From NCBI GenBank assembly GCA_021146325.1, contig GCA_021146325.1_4321.1: 45,885 bases of DNA; one strand, written 5' to 3'. This document shows positions 10,515-20,334 of the stretch, piece by piece (the first letter of the stretch is position 1; every line of letters starts with the position of its first letter). The position numbers and the translations under genes were made by a program. The DNA comes from a phage. The notes beneath the pieces were generated by a model that searched no databases, was not told the origin of the DNA, and was given only the letters and a program-made list of their open reading frames with translations.

Positions 10515-10865
10515 TTAACTCATTGAAGTAAAAACTTCAGTAAATTGCATGCTAACAGTCTGGACTTCTTTTGTGCTAGGAGTGACGCTGATACTATCCT
10601 GCTGAATAACAAACAGCTTTAATTCACCCTGTGGCGTAGTCCATGCGAAAGGTTTTACAATGTGATCAAAGCAGAAGTTCATTACTGCCTCCCACTCACG
10701 ACCAACGTAGCTAACCGTATACGTCCTTTTGTTTGTCCTGTATCCTCCAGTACCCCTTTGTTCAAAGCCGTTGCCAAAGGATACAATTCTAACGTTGTTC
10801 TTGTTACTAAATAATGATCCACCGTTGAGAACGTTCAAGCACCAGTTAAATGTTTGCAATGCCAT
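10515..10865 (-). CDS. minor tail protein M-like
   Basis: 116-aa ORF directly after the tape measure gene. Confidence 0.7.
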   Translation of the reverse strand: MALQTFNWCLNVLNGGSLFSNKNNVRIVSFGNGFEQRGTGGYRTNKRTYTVSYVGREWEAVMNFCFDHIVKPFAWTTPQGELKLFVIQQDSISVTPSTKEVQTVSMQFTEVFTSMS

Positions 10866-10876
10866 TTAAAATCCTT

Positions 10877-10891
10877 AGGGGCCGAAGCCCC
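10877..10891 (-). other. RNA hairpin GGGGC-UUCG-GCCCC (on the minus transcript) between tape measure and M genes
   Basis: perfect 5-bp stem with UUCG tetraloop; embedded in the shared 16-mer GCCGAAGCCCCGTTAA. Confidence 0.5.
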
Positions 10892-10896
10892 GTTAA

Positions 10897-13878
10897 TTAG
10901 TTGTAACCCCTCAGATAAGCAAAGGCTCTTCCGCCCTGCTGGAATGACTTGCTGATTTCCTCAGCAACGATAACCTTAACTCCAGATTCTATCGCCTTGG
11001 CATCATTTCCGCCACCAATTCCAGAGTTTACGTTAACCGTCACGCCGCCAACACTGACATTCGTGCCACCAACAACTCCACCATTAGCATAGCCAGAGGG
11101 CCCACCAACAGCGCCGCCATTTGCATAACCTCGCATTAGCTTGTACAGGTTCTTAACGCCAATCCTGCTTGTAGCTTCTTTTGTGAATACAAACTCACCG
11201 CGGTGCACAGTTCCAGCAGGTTGATACTTCCCGCCGTCTCCAGTGTAGCCGCCACCAGCAAAGCCAATTGCTGACTTTATTGACTCAAAGGCACTACCTG
11301 CTCCAGTGTCACCACCAAAGCTCTTAATTGTAGATTCAATAGCCTTTACCAAAAGTAGCTGAGTTGCAATTTTCGCAATCATTTTCAGTATGTTTGCCGT
11401 GAACTCCCTGAAATTAGTCTCTCCAGTGGTTACAAGGTTTGTAATCTGGTAGGTAATTCCATCAAAAGCTGCGACAGTCAAATCCTTAGCAATTTGGTTG
11501 AAGTCAGTATACTTCTCAGTTAAGTCAGCAAGCGTTGAAGTTACACCAGCTTGCCAGTCTGACCTTAGGTTATCTTCCTGCCTGTAGTATTCTTTTCTTG
11601 CTTCCAGCAGATTTTGGAAATCAACATCATCTACAGAGCCACCCTTGTTTACCTGATTGGACTCTAGCGCCTGAAGTTCTCCTGCCCTTTGCCGCTCCCT
11701 TTCGGATAGACCCGCAGCAAGTGAAACATTCTTCGCCTCATTGGTAATCTGTATTGTCTTCTTAAGGTTGTCATCAAGTAACTTGTTTGACTTCTCCTGA
11801 AGCACAATCTGGTCACCAAGTTCAGCCTTCTGTTTAGCCTGTTCAAGAATGATATTCTTCTGCGCAAGTAGCTTAGCCTGTGATTTTGTAAGCGTACCAT
11901 CCGCTTGTCTTTGTTCAAGTATTGCAAACTTCGCTTCTTCCTGGAATAACTGCTTTCTTTCATTGCTTATTACATCATTTATCGTTCTGTGCTCTTGTAA
12001 GACCTTTAACTGAGCCTGAAGTGCAAGAACGCCAGATTCATAAGATAAAGTTAAATCCCTTTCTTCTTTTACAGCCTTTTTCCTCTCACTCCTTGCTTTC
12101 TTTATCGTATCATACTCATCGGCAAGAGCCTTCTTCCTTGCTGCAAACTCCTTATCGGTTGATGCATTATTGCCGCTAAGGTTGGTGTTATTGTTGTTCT
12201 CGACATAACCAAGCTCACCCTTCCTGATTCTCGCATCTCGCTCAGCTATGCTTTTTGCTAACTCCTCATTTTGCTTCTTAGCTGCATCAACAATCTTTTG
12301 CTGCTCAGCGATTGCTTCATTGCCTAAATCGCCAAGTCCAGGTATTGACTGAAGTGTCTTGGTTGCTGCTATTGCAAACTCGCCCAATAGGATATCACCG
12401 GAGTTTATTAACGACCTTATCTGCTCAATAGTCCCAGCAACAACGTCAGTTATTAAGTTAAGCGCCCCAAGCGTCCTTTTGCTTATACCATCCCAAATCT
12501 CACTTACAAACTTCCTGAAGCTATTCCATGCGCTCTCAAGAGGGTTAAGGCTTAGTGCTACGTCTGCTAGCCTGTTTTCCATAACGTTAGCGAATAGCTC
12601 AGTAGCTGCGGTTACAGCCTCTGTTTCTCCAGCCGTCTTCCTGATATTCTCAATGTATTTCAATTGCCCAGACTGAAGGAAGTTGAACTGCTTATCGAGT
12701 GCAATCAGACCTTGAATTGGGTCCTTTGTAATCTGATCAAAGTATCCAAGAATAGTTTTCGAGTCTGTTGATGTTACAGTTGCCCATTGTGCTGTCGCCT
12801 TGGTTATCTTATCTATCTGCGTAAGAGTCAGATTACCGTTTGCTACCAGGCTGTTAGCTATCTCCTGGATAAGTCCGCGCGTGGCTAGTGTTGAACTCTC
12901 AATGCTATCAACAACCTGGTTTATTTGCCCTGTTGATGTGATTGTTGAGTTTCCAACCAGCGTTATTGTTGCTGCTAGCTCTCGTGCGTTCCTATCAGCC
13001 TGATAAGCAGCAATACCCAAGGCCCCAAGAGCCAGACCCAGAGTCCCAACAACCGCCGTTAATGGGTTAATGGCTGCCAGTGCAAACCTTGCTGTATTGC
13101 CGATACCACCAAAACTATCCTTAATCTGACCGCCCTGCTGGACTGCTACAAGCCAGATTGGCATGCCGCTAGCAAGAGATGTAACGATATCTGTAATCTG
13201 CGCTGGAAGCTGTCGAATTGCTTGCTTGTATTGACCGGCACTAAGCCCAGACTTAACAAAAGCGGAGCTTTGCTTCTGCAATTGTACCGCAGATGCCTCG
13301 GCAGCCTTTCCAATCCTGTCGATAATCGGTGCAGCCTGGTCACTAACTCCTAGCTGAGCAGCCTTAAGCTGAAGAAGTTCAGTCCTTGTCAGGCTTGCTG
13401 CATTCGCCTCGTTCTCAAGAGATTGAATGAACTTTTGCGCTGCTGTTGTTGCTTTCTCTTTATCTATTGATGCCTGTAGTGCAGCCCTGCCTTCTTCGCT
13501 AAGAGCGGCTTTAGACCTGTTTAGCTTATTGATTTGAGTTTCAATAACAGAGCCAAGCCTGAAGAATTCATCATCAGGAACTATCCCGGATTCAAATGCT
13601 TTGTCCAAATCTGTTGCTGCTTTCTGCAACTTCAGGAATTTAGCAGCGGTTGGGTCTATGGCTTGCTGAAGTGATGCGAAAGATTTGCGCTGCTCCTCAA
13701 GATGCCTTGCAGTGTCCCTTGCTTGAGTCTTGGCTACAAGTTCGGCGTTGACGAAGCTATTAATGCCTGTTGCAGCTTGCTCGTTTGCTTGCCTGAATTT
13801 CTGTAAGGATTGCGTACCCTTATCGACCTGAGCTACGTCGACGGCTAGCGTGATACCAGCAATTTCGTTAGTTGCCAT
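10897..13878 (-). CDS. tail tape measure protein
   Basis: 993-aa ORF, coiled-coil rich, Gly-rich C-terminus, downstream of the G/GT chaperone. Confidence 0.9.
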   Translation of the reverse strand: MATNEIAGITLAVDVAQVDKGTQSLQKFRQANEQAATGINSFVNAELVAKTQARDTARHLEEQRKSFASLQQAIDPTAAKFLKLQKAATDLDKAFESGIVPDDEFFRLGSVIETQINKLNRSKAALSEEGRAALQASIDKEKATTAAQKFIQSLENEANAASLTRTELLQLKAAQLGVSDQAAPIIDRIGKAAEASAVQLQKQSSAFVKSGLSAGQYKQAIRQLPAQITDIVTSLASGMPIWLVAVQQGGQIKDSFGGIGNTARFALAAINPLTAVVGTLGLALGALGIAAYQADRNARELAATITLVGNSTITSTGQINQVVDSIESSTLATRGLIQEIANSLVANGNLTLTQIDKITKATAQWATVTSTDSKTILGYFDQITKDPIQGLIALDKQFNFLQSGQLKYIENIRKTAGETEAVTAATELFANVMENRLADVALSLNPLESAWNSFRKFVSEIWDGISKRTLGALNLITDVVAGTIEQIRSLINSGDILLGEFAIAATKTLQSIPGLGDLGNEAIAEQQKIVDAAKKQNEELAKSIAERDARIRKGELGYVENNNNTNLSGNNASTDKEFAARKKALADEYDTIKKARSERKKAVKEERDLTLSYESGVLALQAQLKVLQEHRTINDVISNERKQLFQEEAKFAILEQRQADGTLTKSQAKLLAQKNIILEQAKQKAELGDQIVLQEKSNKLLDDNLKKTIQITNEAKNVSLAAGLSERERQRAGELQALESNQVNKGGSVDDVDFQNLLEARKEYYRQEDNLRSDWQAGVTSTLADLTEKYTDFNQIAKDLTVAAFDGITYQITNLVTTGETNFREFTANILKMIAKIATQLLLVKAIESTIKSFGGDTGAGSAFESIKSAIGFAGGGYTGDGGKYQPAGTVHRGEFVFTKEATSRIGVKNLYKLMRGYANGGAVGGPSGYANGGVVGGTNVSVGGVTVNVNSGIGGGNDAKAIESGVKVIVAEEISKSFQQGGRAFAYLRGYN

Positions 13879-13915
13879 GTTGTCTCCATAATAAAAAAGC
13901 CACCCCGAAGGATGG

Positions 13916-14544
13916 CTATTTCTTGGCGTTCATCATATCTAAGGCTTTAGCCTCAAGTATTCTGATGTCGTTAAGTACCATTTCGTCATCATCTATTTTA
14001 TAGACTTTGAACAAGAATGGAAGGCAATTATAATCAAGGCCTGTGGCACCGCAAGCCCCTACTCGCCATTGAGTTGACATGGCACAGTACACATCCCAGC
14101 TTTGCATCATTGTTTCATCGAAGTATAACTCTTCAGGCTCATCACCTTCATAATCGGAACGTTTCATTCCGATAGCTTCGAGTTCAGCATCCGTTGGCGG
14201 TGACTGGTATTGTAAGTATACTGCGCGTTTTAGTTTTTTACTCGCTGACCCGCAAGTGCTTTCATGTAGCTATCCATCAACGATGGCACGGCTCCCGGGA
14301 AAAGGTTGGCAAACTCATCTACGTTATCATCGTTAAATGGCTCTTCTAAATCCCAGTCAGAGCAGATTTCGTTAATCAATTCTTTAGTGCTGAAGTTTTC
14401 ACGGTTAAGAATCTCCTGAAGTTCAGATGATTTCTTGTGCTTAACTGTTAGTACCACCTCTGCATCTTCACCATTCGCTAACTGAAACTTAACCGGAAGT
14501 TTAAAGTCAGGCAGCGCCTTAAGTGAAAGTTTAAATTTTGCCAT
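13916..14544 (-). CDS. tail assembly chaperone GT fusion made by programmed -1 frameshift
   Basis: slippery A AAA AAC at the end of the G frame; the -1 frame stays open into ORF 13916..14167. Confidence 0.6.
14230..14544 (-). CDS. tail assembly chaperone G-like
   Basis: 104-aa acidic ORF between major tail and tape measure genes. Confidence 0.7.
   Translation of the reverse strand: MAKFKLSLKALPDFKLPVKFQLANGEDAEVVLTVKHKKSSELQEILNRENFSTKELINEICSDWDLEEPFNDDNVDEFANLFPGAVPSLMDSYMKALAGQRVKN
14233..14239 (-). other. -1 frameshift slippery heptamer A_AAA_AAC
   Basis: minus-strand AAAAAAC just before the G stop codon. Confidence 0.6.
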
Positions 14545-14579
14545 CTCGTTATCTCCTTTGTTTGTGTTGAATGATTATA

Positions 14580-14828
14580 TTACTTTGATTCGTTTTTTAC
14601 AATGTTGTGAGCAACTTCGGTGCACACCTCGCGACCATAATGCAGAATCTGATTTGTCTTATCGCCAGCTACTTTTTCACAATGAGAATATGCACTATTA
14701 AATTCATGTTCATACTTTATTGCATCAGAGTTAGCGGTTGCGCCACCAGTTGGGTTGACAATCTGAATTGCCAGGTAGAAAGCACCAAGAGCAGCAGCAA
14801 GTTTGATGATATTTTTAACGTTGTTCAT
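14580..14828 (-). CDS. small secreted or membrane protein, moron-like insert in the tail module
   Basis: 82-aa ORF with hydrophobic N-terminus; own promoter cassette and upstream terminator. Confidence 0.5.
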   Translation of the reverse strand: MNNVKNIIKLAAALGAFYLAIQIVNPTGGATANSDAIKYEHEFNSAYSHCEKVAGDKTNQILHYGREVCTEVAHNIVKNESK

Positions 14829-14861
14829 TTCATTAATCTCTCATTTCTTTTCGATGAATGA

Positions 14862-14907
14862 ACTATACAGCAATCCGCGACTTAGCCTTTAACAAAAAGT
14901 GCTATCA
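14862..14907 (-). promoter_or_regulatory. promoter cassette copy (IR TAGCACTTTTTGTTA, 22 bp, TATAGT, CATCGAAAAGAAA)
   Basis: IR core 14890..14904. Confidence 0.55.
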
Positions 14908-14933
14908 ATAAAAAACCCTCCGAAGAGGGTTAA
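14906..14933 (-). terminator. rho-independent terminator after the major tail gene
   Basis: hairpin CCCTC-CGAA-GAGGG then TTTTTATTG on minus. Confidence 0.6.
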
Positions 14934-14945
14934 TTTTTATGCCAG

Positions 14946-15596
14946 TTAAGAAGCTACAGAACTCATCCTGCCGCGAATAGATACCGCAATGGATACCGTT
15001 TCGATTTCGTTAACACCAATGCTCGGCGTGTCGTTGAAAGAGATACTGCCAGACTGGAGACGCATCTCGCTAGCTCGAGGCACGAACAGACGGATAGCAA
15101 CAACAGTACCAGCTTCGTCATAGTTACGCAGAATCGGATATATCGGGTTGGTGTATTCGTGCGCGAAAGTGTAGGTATTAGTTACCGCAGATTTATAAGT
15201 TGGAATCTGTTTCTCACGCTCATCGGATAAACACTGGAAGTTAACGAACTGCTGTTCGCCGCCGTCAGTTGATACGTCCTGAACGCAAGGAACCTCAAGC
15301 CAGCTAAGAATCTTAACCACTTCACCAGTTAAACCGGCCGGGAACTTGGTGGTGTTGGAGGTATCAATACCTTCAACAGTTACCCTTGAACCAGATACAT
15401 TGGTAACGCGAACTTGCTTATCAGCCAGCAGGGTCGAAGTTGAGCTGGTAAATAGCAGGTAATCACCTCTTGCAATATTATCAGCGCTGGACAAAGTTAA
15501 AACAGGAGTAACAGCATTGGAAATTGCAGTTACGTCAATAGTATTTCCCCTGGAGCCTTCTACGAAGACCTGAGTGCCATTACTAAGATGGGCCAT
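14946..15596 (-). CDS. major tail protein
   Basis: 216-aa ORF at the V position just upstream of G/GT. Confidence 0.7.
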   Translation of the reverse strand: MAHLSNGTQVFVEGSRGNTIDVTAISNAVTPVLTLSSADNIARGDYLLFTSSTSTLLADKQVRVTNVSGSRVTVEGIDTSNTTKFPAGLTGEVVKILSWLEVPCVQDVSTDGGEQQFVNFQCLSDEREKQIPTYKSAVTNTYTFAHEYTNPIYPILRNYDEAGTVVAIRLFVPRASEMRLQSGSISFNDTPSIGVNEIETVSIAVSIRGRMSSVAS

Positions 15597-15607
15597 ATAT
15601 TTTCCTT

Positions 15608-16006
15608 TTAGTCAAGACGAACATAGAAACGAACTGGAATAAACCAGCCAGATTTTGACTTCACTACTGGGTGAACCACGCCGCCCTCATAAATGTAGCC
15701 TGTGTCAAGCATTGTACCATCAGTCATGGATTCTGCCAATTGATTAGCAACCCTCCTTGCACTGTCGACACCATCACCTGGTGAGAAAAAGACGGATACC
15801 TGAACCATGCCAACATAGTACTTACACTTGCGACTCAGGCTGTAGGTTACGGTATCTGCCTCTGTGTAATCGTATTTCAGCCACATACCACCATTATTGG
15901 GAGGAGAGAAGGCTACGTTTTCATAGGAAATTGGATACCTGACTGGAAACGTTTTAACCAAATCAGTCACAAACCTCCTTGCTGCTAAGGATAGCTCATA
16001 CTGCAT
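15608..16006 (-). CDS. tail terminator or completion protein (putative)
   Basis: gene order only. Confidence 0.45.
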   Translation of the reverse strand: MQYELSLAARRFVTDLVKTFPVRYPISYENVAFSPPNNGGMWLKYDYTEADTVTYSLSRKCKYYVGMVQVSVFFSPGDGVDSARRVANQLAESMTDGTMLDTGYIYEGGVVHPVVKSKSGWFIPVRFYVRLD

Positions 16007-16452
16007 TATCTTTTACTCCTTGCTTCGGCAACTGCCTCTTCGAAGTATCTTCCTAACCTGATATTCACAACGCCAAGGACACCTGCTGGAGCTTGTCGTG
16101 ACGCTCCATACTCAAGGTCATAGGCGTAATCAAGCCTGTTAGTTATGTAGATAACCTTTGTCGCTGGTGAATTAGCCACAGCTCGAGCTTGCCTTGCCAG
16201 ATACCTTTTTGTATCTCCACCTGTTTTGTCGTAATCATTCAGAGACTGGGCGGCTGGGGAGTTCGCTGTAATCTGCCAGTTAGCCTTAAACCTACCAGTA
16301 TCAACAGGCGATAAATCAACGATGGCGTTAGCAGCCTTAATTACAGTGCCAGAAACAATATCAGAGAAGTTATCATCAGCTCTATCAATCCAATCAGCAA
16401 TACTATTCGTAAATGTAGCCAACCCACCAATATTTCTAGCCATAGGTAGCAA
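16006..16452 (-). CDS. head-tail joining protein (putative)
   Basis: gene order only. Confidence 0.45.
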   Translation of the reverse strand: MLPMARNIGGLATFTNSIADWIDRADDNFSDIVSGTVIKAANAIVDLSPVDTGRFKANWQITANSPAAQSLNDYDKTGGDTKRYLARQARAVANSPATKVIYITNRLDYAYDLEYGASRQAPAGVLGVVNIRLGRYFEEAVAEARSKR

Positions 16453-16819
16453 CCCTCCTTAGAATTGGTCTGTAAGCCACTATAGTTCCTGTTGGTTTGA
16501 CTGGCCTCGGGTCGACTACAGTGTAAGTTTCATCGTCAACTATAATCCTGTAGCCCTGCAAGATTGGGACTTCAGAAGTGAAAATTCCACGCTTGTCACC
16601 AAACTGGATATATTCGCCATCAATATCTCTGGTTTTAATCTCCCTCACCAGCCCCTTGATTAATGCAGTGCCGCCAGCTACAGGAACCTCAACGCCGTCA
16701 ACAATTTCGACACCACCTTTACCAGTATTCATCGTGAATGTACCATCGCCATCACTAAAGATATTGATGCCCGTGCGCATTAATGATTCTACTTGGGAGT
16801 AATTCATTGGCAACCGCAC
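16436..16819 (-). CDS. head-tail adaptor or head closure protein (putative)
   Basis: gene order only. Confidence 0.45.
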   Translation of the reverse strand: MRLPMNYSQVESLMRTGINIFSDGDGTFTMNTGKGGVEIVDGVEVPVAGGTALIKGLVREIKTRDIDGEYIQFGDKRGIFTSEVPILQGYRIIVDDETYTVVDPRPVKPTGTIVAYRPILRRVATYG

Positions 16820-17214
16820 TCACGCCCAGCGGACGTAATCAAGCCAAATCCGCCGCCTTTCTTGCGCAGGAGATTCCAGTAAAGTCTGCCCCACGGCGTA
16901 GCTGTCAATGATGATTGAGTTTGCGAGGTGGATTCATAGCTGATAGAAAATTCACCGCTCAGGGAGTAACTTGCCACCTTCTTGCCATAATCATCCAGCG
17001 ACTCATTCTGCTTAAGCGCGCCATCAAGAAAGGCAATGTGCAGAGTGTATAGCGACAGCGCTTTATAAGCATCATCACCAAACTTACTGGTGCAGATGTA
17101 TAGCTTAGCTAACTCAAGCCATACGTCCAGCGTTTCATCTGGAATATTCTTAAGAGCAGGAACCAGCGACTTCATAAAGGCTAATGCTTGTTCGTTCATA
17201 AAACCTCCATACAA
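16804..17214 (-). CDS. head-tail connector protein (putative)
   Basis: gene order only. Confidence 0.45.
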   Translation of the reverse strand: MYGGFMNEQALAFMKSLVPALKNIPDETLDVWLELAKLYICTSKFGDDAYKALSLYTLHIAFLDGALKQNESLDDYGKKVASYSLSGEFSISYESTSQTQSSLTATPWGRLYWNLLRKKGGGFGLITSAGRECGCQ

Positions 17215-17240
17215 AAACGGACGCCTAAGCGCCCATTTGG

Positions 17241-17486
17241 TTATTTATATTCCTGACCAGTCTGAGCTTCGTCAATGGTCTTCGGTTCTTTGCGTTTTTT
17301 CTTACTGTTGATTTCCTGCGCCACTTCTTTAGTTGCCTCGTAGTCACCTTCAATAGCGAGCTTGTTTTCAGCAATCAGGCGCTTAAGTCCATCACAAAGT
17401 TCATTTGCTTCAATTGTGTCGCCTGGTAAGTATTTGGCACCATTATAAACAATCATGCATGCGCCAGTGTGTTCTAACTTAATCAT
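17241..17486 (-). CDS. hypothetical protein
   Basis: 81-aa ORF between capsid and connector genes. Confidence 0.4.
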   Translation of the reverse strand: MIKLEHTGACMIVYNGAKYLPGDTIEANELCDGLKRLIAENKLAIEGDYEATKEVAQEINSKKKRKEPKTIDEAQTGQEYK

Positions 17487-17550
17487 TACTTGCTCCTTTG
17501 TTTATCTGATTTAGTGATTATAACCCAACAGTTCCATTTGGTACAGACGT

Positions 17551-17574
17551 AAAAAAAGCCCTCCTAAGAGGGCG
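17551..17574 (-). terminator. rho-independent terminator after the major capsid gene
   Basis: hairpin GCCCTC-CTAA-GAGGGC then T7 on minus. Confidence 0.65.
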
Positions 17575-17579
17575 ATTCA

Positions 17580-18527
17580 TTACGCAGTAAAGGTAATGCC
17601 TTTGATTACTGCGAAAGTTAGAGGCCTATAAATAACCAAGCCTGTGGACTTGGAAGTTACAGGGAATCGGAAGTGCAAGTCGCGCGGCTGAGCAGGTAAC
17701 ACGTTAGTCGCTTCTGGAATCTCAATACTAGCATTTAATGCGTTCTTCTCAAATGCCAGTGCAGCTTTTCCATTTGCGCCATCGTAGTTATCCAGGAACT
17801 GCATGTAGCGCAAGGTGATACCTGGGTTATTGCGAGTAAATAACTCACCATAGCTTAAGGTTGTATTATCAACCAGTCGCTGCATGTAGCGGCGAGCAGA
17901 TGCTGGCAACAGAATGTCAGTTACATGGTGGAATCCTTTAGTACTGCTCTCAACCGCGTCAATCATTGCGGCAATGTCGTTAACTGCGTTTTGCGGAACG
18001 CTCCAATTAGGGGTTGCAACTACGTTGTTAATATTCGGATGCTTAAAAACACTTACGATTCCGTGCGGAGAAGAGCCGGACCATACCAGTTTATCGAGCA
18101 GGTTGTCGTGAGCCTCGAAAGCCAGAGCCTGTTTACGAGCAGACAATGACTGACCAGTAGCTGCGCCAACTTTAATCTCATCAACTGAGATCATAAACGC
18201 GTTACCAAAGCGGAATACTTTACCCTGCTTCTCTGTCATGAGCGCATCAACCAACGGCAGGTCGTCAGAGTAATCAGAGATAATCTGAGCAATACCAACA
18301 CCATCAAACTCTGGATACTCGAAGTACTTCGCGTGACCAGGGATTTCATTGGTTACAGGAAAGATATTAACAACTGAGTTATCTGAGTATTCTTGTTCGT
18401 AAGCGCGATTCAGTGATGCGGTTAACTGCTTAACGGTCCAGATACCAGCAGCATCAGCCTTATCTACACCCATTTGCTCAAGGTGAGCGGTGATTTTTGC
18501 TTGTTCTGCATCAAATTTAATGGCCAT
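17580..18527 (-). CDS. major capsid protein
   Basis: 315-aa ORF, position and size; strong terminator downstream. Confidence 0.8.
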   Translation of the reverse strand: MAIKFDAEQAKITAHLEQMGVDKADAAGIWTVKQLTASLNRAYEQEYSDNSVVNIFPVTNEIPGHAKYFEYPEFDGVGIAQIISDYSDDLPLVDALMTEKQGKVFRFGNAFMISVDEIKVGAATGQSLSARKQALAFEAHDNLLDKLVWSGSSPHGIVSVFKHPNINNVVATPNWSVPQNAVNDIAAMIDAVESSTKGFHHVTDILLPASARRYMQRLVDNTTLSYGELFTRNNPGITLRYMQFLDNYDGANGKAALAFEKNALNASIEIPEATNVLPAQPRDLHFRFPVTSKSTGLVIYRPLTFAVIKGITFTA

Positions 18528-18621
18528 TCTTGCTTATTCCTTTTCAGTTAGGTATGTACGAGTCAATTATACACTAGTTTGAGGCCCGCGCAATGATTCT
18601 ATCATGACCAAGCCGAAGGCA

Positions 18622-18650
18622 ATAAAAAACCTCCAGAAGGAGGCTTGTTT
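18622..18650 (-). terminator. rho-independent terminator
   Basis: hairpin CCTCC-AGAA-GGAGG then TTTTTTATTG on minus. Confidence 0.6.
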
Positions 18651-18664
18651 AATTAATGATAATC

Positions 18665-19165
18665 TTACTTCTGCTTAACCTGAACTTCTACCAGAGGACC
18701 ATCAACGCTATCACCTTGAGTTGGTGGCATTGCGTCAGCTGCGGTTTTTGCGGGAATGAATCCGCCAGCGAATGTCCAGCCAGTTGCCACGCCGTCATCT
18801 GCTGTGCTTGCAACAACTACGCCATCTGAATTCACCAAAACGGCAGTACCTAAGCTTGGCGCTACTTTAAGGTTAGTGCGCATCCAGATTCGGCCAGCGG
18901 TCATTACGTTAACAGCCTCTTTCGCTTTAGCGGTGCCATCTTGAGTCTCGTAATGAGAACGAACAACTACGCCATAAGCCGAGTTTGCAGTAATACCAGT
19001 TGCAGTAACGGATTTGTGACCATCAGCTAACGGTTGTAGCGTAGATACTTTAACAGCTACACCAACAGGAATTGCAGTGTCACCGCCAACTACACAAGCG
19101 CCATCGATATTGTACAGGGAAGTATCAGCCACCATACCTGCCAGTGCTACAGAACGAATTGCCAT
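18665..19165 (-). CDS. putative head decoration or stabilisation protein
   Basis: 166-aa Ala/Gly/Val-rich ORF just upstream of the capsid gene. Confidence 0.45.
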   Translation of the reverse strand: MAIRSVALAGMVADTSLYNIDGACVVGGDTAIPVGVAVKVSTLQPLADGHKSVTATGITANSAYGVVVRSHYETQDGTAKAKEAVNVMTAGRIWMRTNLKVAPSLGTAVLVNSDGVVVASTADDGVATGWTFAGGFIPAKTAADAMPPTQGDSVDGPLVEVQVKQK

Positions 19166-19176
19166 TATCTATCTCC

Positions 19177-20301
19177 TTACTTTTTAATTTTTGCTAAACG
19201 AGCGCGCGGGTCTAATTTCTTAGGTGCGTCGGCAGCATCAGATTTGTCGGAAGCTGCGATTGCCTTGCGAACTTCAGCCATTTTATCAGAATCTTTGGCA
19301 ATGTCGAACGCTGCATCGATGTATGCGTCGGACTTCTCGGAAACATCAAGGCCGGAAACTTCTTTAACGTATAATACCTTAATGCCTTTAGCATCCAGGC
19401 CATCAGTCTTAACACCAGCTTCATTGGCTACAGTAACCAGAGCGGCAAGTGCTTCAGCGTCAGCTTTGGCAGCTTTGACTGCTTTCTCGATTTCAGCGGG
19501 CATTGCGTCTACTTTGGCTTTCAGTGCGTCACGCTCAGCTTCAATGGTATCAGCTTTAGCTTTGGCGTCATCTGCGTCTTTCTTGATAGTTGTAATGTGT
19601 GCGGCAACTTCTGGAGCGATTTCGAACTCTTGAGCGCCATCCAGTTTAATCTTAACCATTTCTTTAACATCCTCTTTAATAGAATCAACGTTGTCAGTAT
19701 ACGGGTTTTCTTGCTGCCCGTCCATATTTAGCTTAGCAATTCCAGCCCTACCCCTGAACACCATGGCTAAGTGGTTTACCTTAATGTCTCGCTGGATTGC
19801 GTCGAACTCTTGCCAGTCAGGAGGTATGTCGAGCCCCTGCGTGTTGTCAGTCCTAAGAATGTACTTACCAGTTGCCGGGTCACCCCAACCTGGAGTTTCA
19901 TCAAGAACTGCCGAGTAACCTACAGATAATTCCTTAGCGTTACCTGAGCGAGCCTCGTCAATAGCTTCTTGAGAGTATACGACAATTGGCGCAATTACCG
20001 TACTTCCTAGAGCCTCAGCTTTACCAGTTACCGAGCCGACCACTACGTCTTTAGCGTTATCGGAGTTTACAAAGACGTGGTCAAGAGTCATTGGCTTACC
20101 CTGGTAACTGGCTAGCGACTCCTCTTTGAAGACTTCTTCTGCTGGCCTGAACTCTCGAACAGTCGAACCGTCCTCTGTGAAATAAACCTGCACACCAACC
20201 CTTGCTACTACTGGCGTATCGACGAGAAAACCATTCTCGTCAATGGTGGCTTTGAATGTTGCTGTATCAAAGCGATTCTTATACATCCCAATTCTCCTCA
20301 C
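19177..20301 (-). CDS. putative scaffolding or prohead protease-like protein
   Basis: 374-aa ORF with Ala/Lys-rich coiled-coil C-terminal third. Confidence 0.55.
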   Translation of the reverse strand: MRRIGMYKNRFDTATFKATIDENGFLVDTPVVARVGVQVYFTEDGSTVREFRPAEEVFKEESLASYQGKPMTLDHVFVNSDNAKDVVVGSVTGKAEALGSTVIAPIVVYSQEAIDEARSGNAKELSVGYSAVLDETPGWGDPATGKYILRTDNTQGLDIPPDWQEFDAIQRDIKVNHLAMVFRGRAGIAKLNMDGQQENPYTDNVDSIKEDVKEMVKIKLDGAQEFEIAPEVAAHITTIKKDADDAKAKADTIEAERDALKAKVDAMPAEIEKAVKAAKADAEALAALVTVANEAGVKTDGLDAKGIKVLYVKEVSGLDVSEKSDAYIDAAFDIAKDSDKMAEVRKAIAASDKSDAADAPKKLDPRARLAKIKK

Positions 20302-20334
20302 TAAAATCCATCGAATTCATCTTTCATCCTCATG

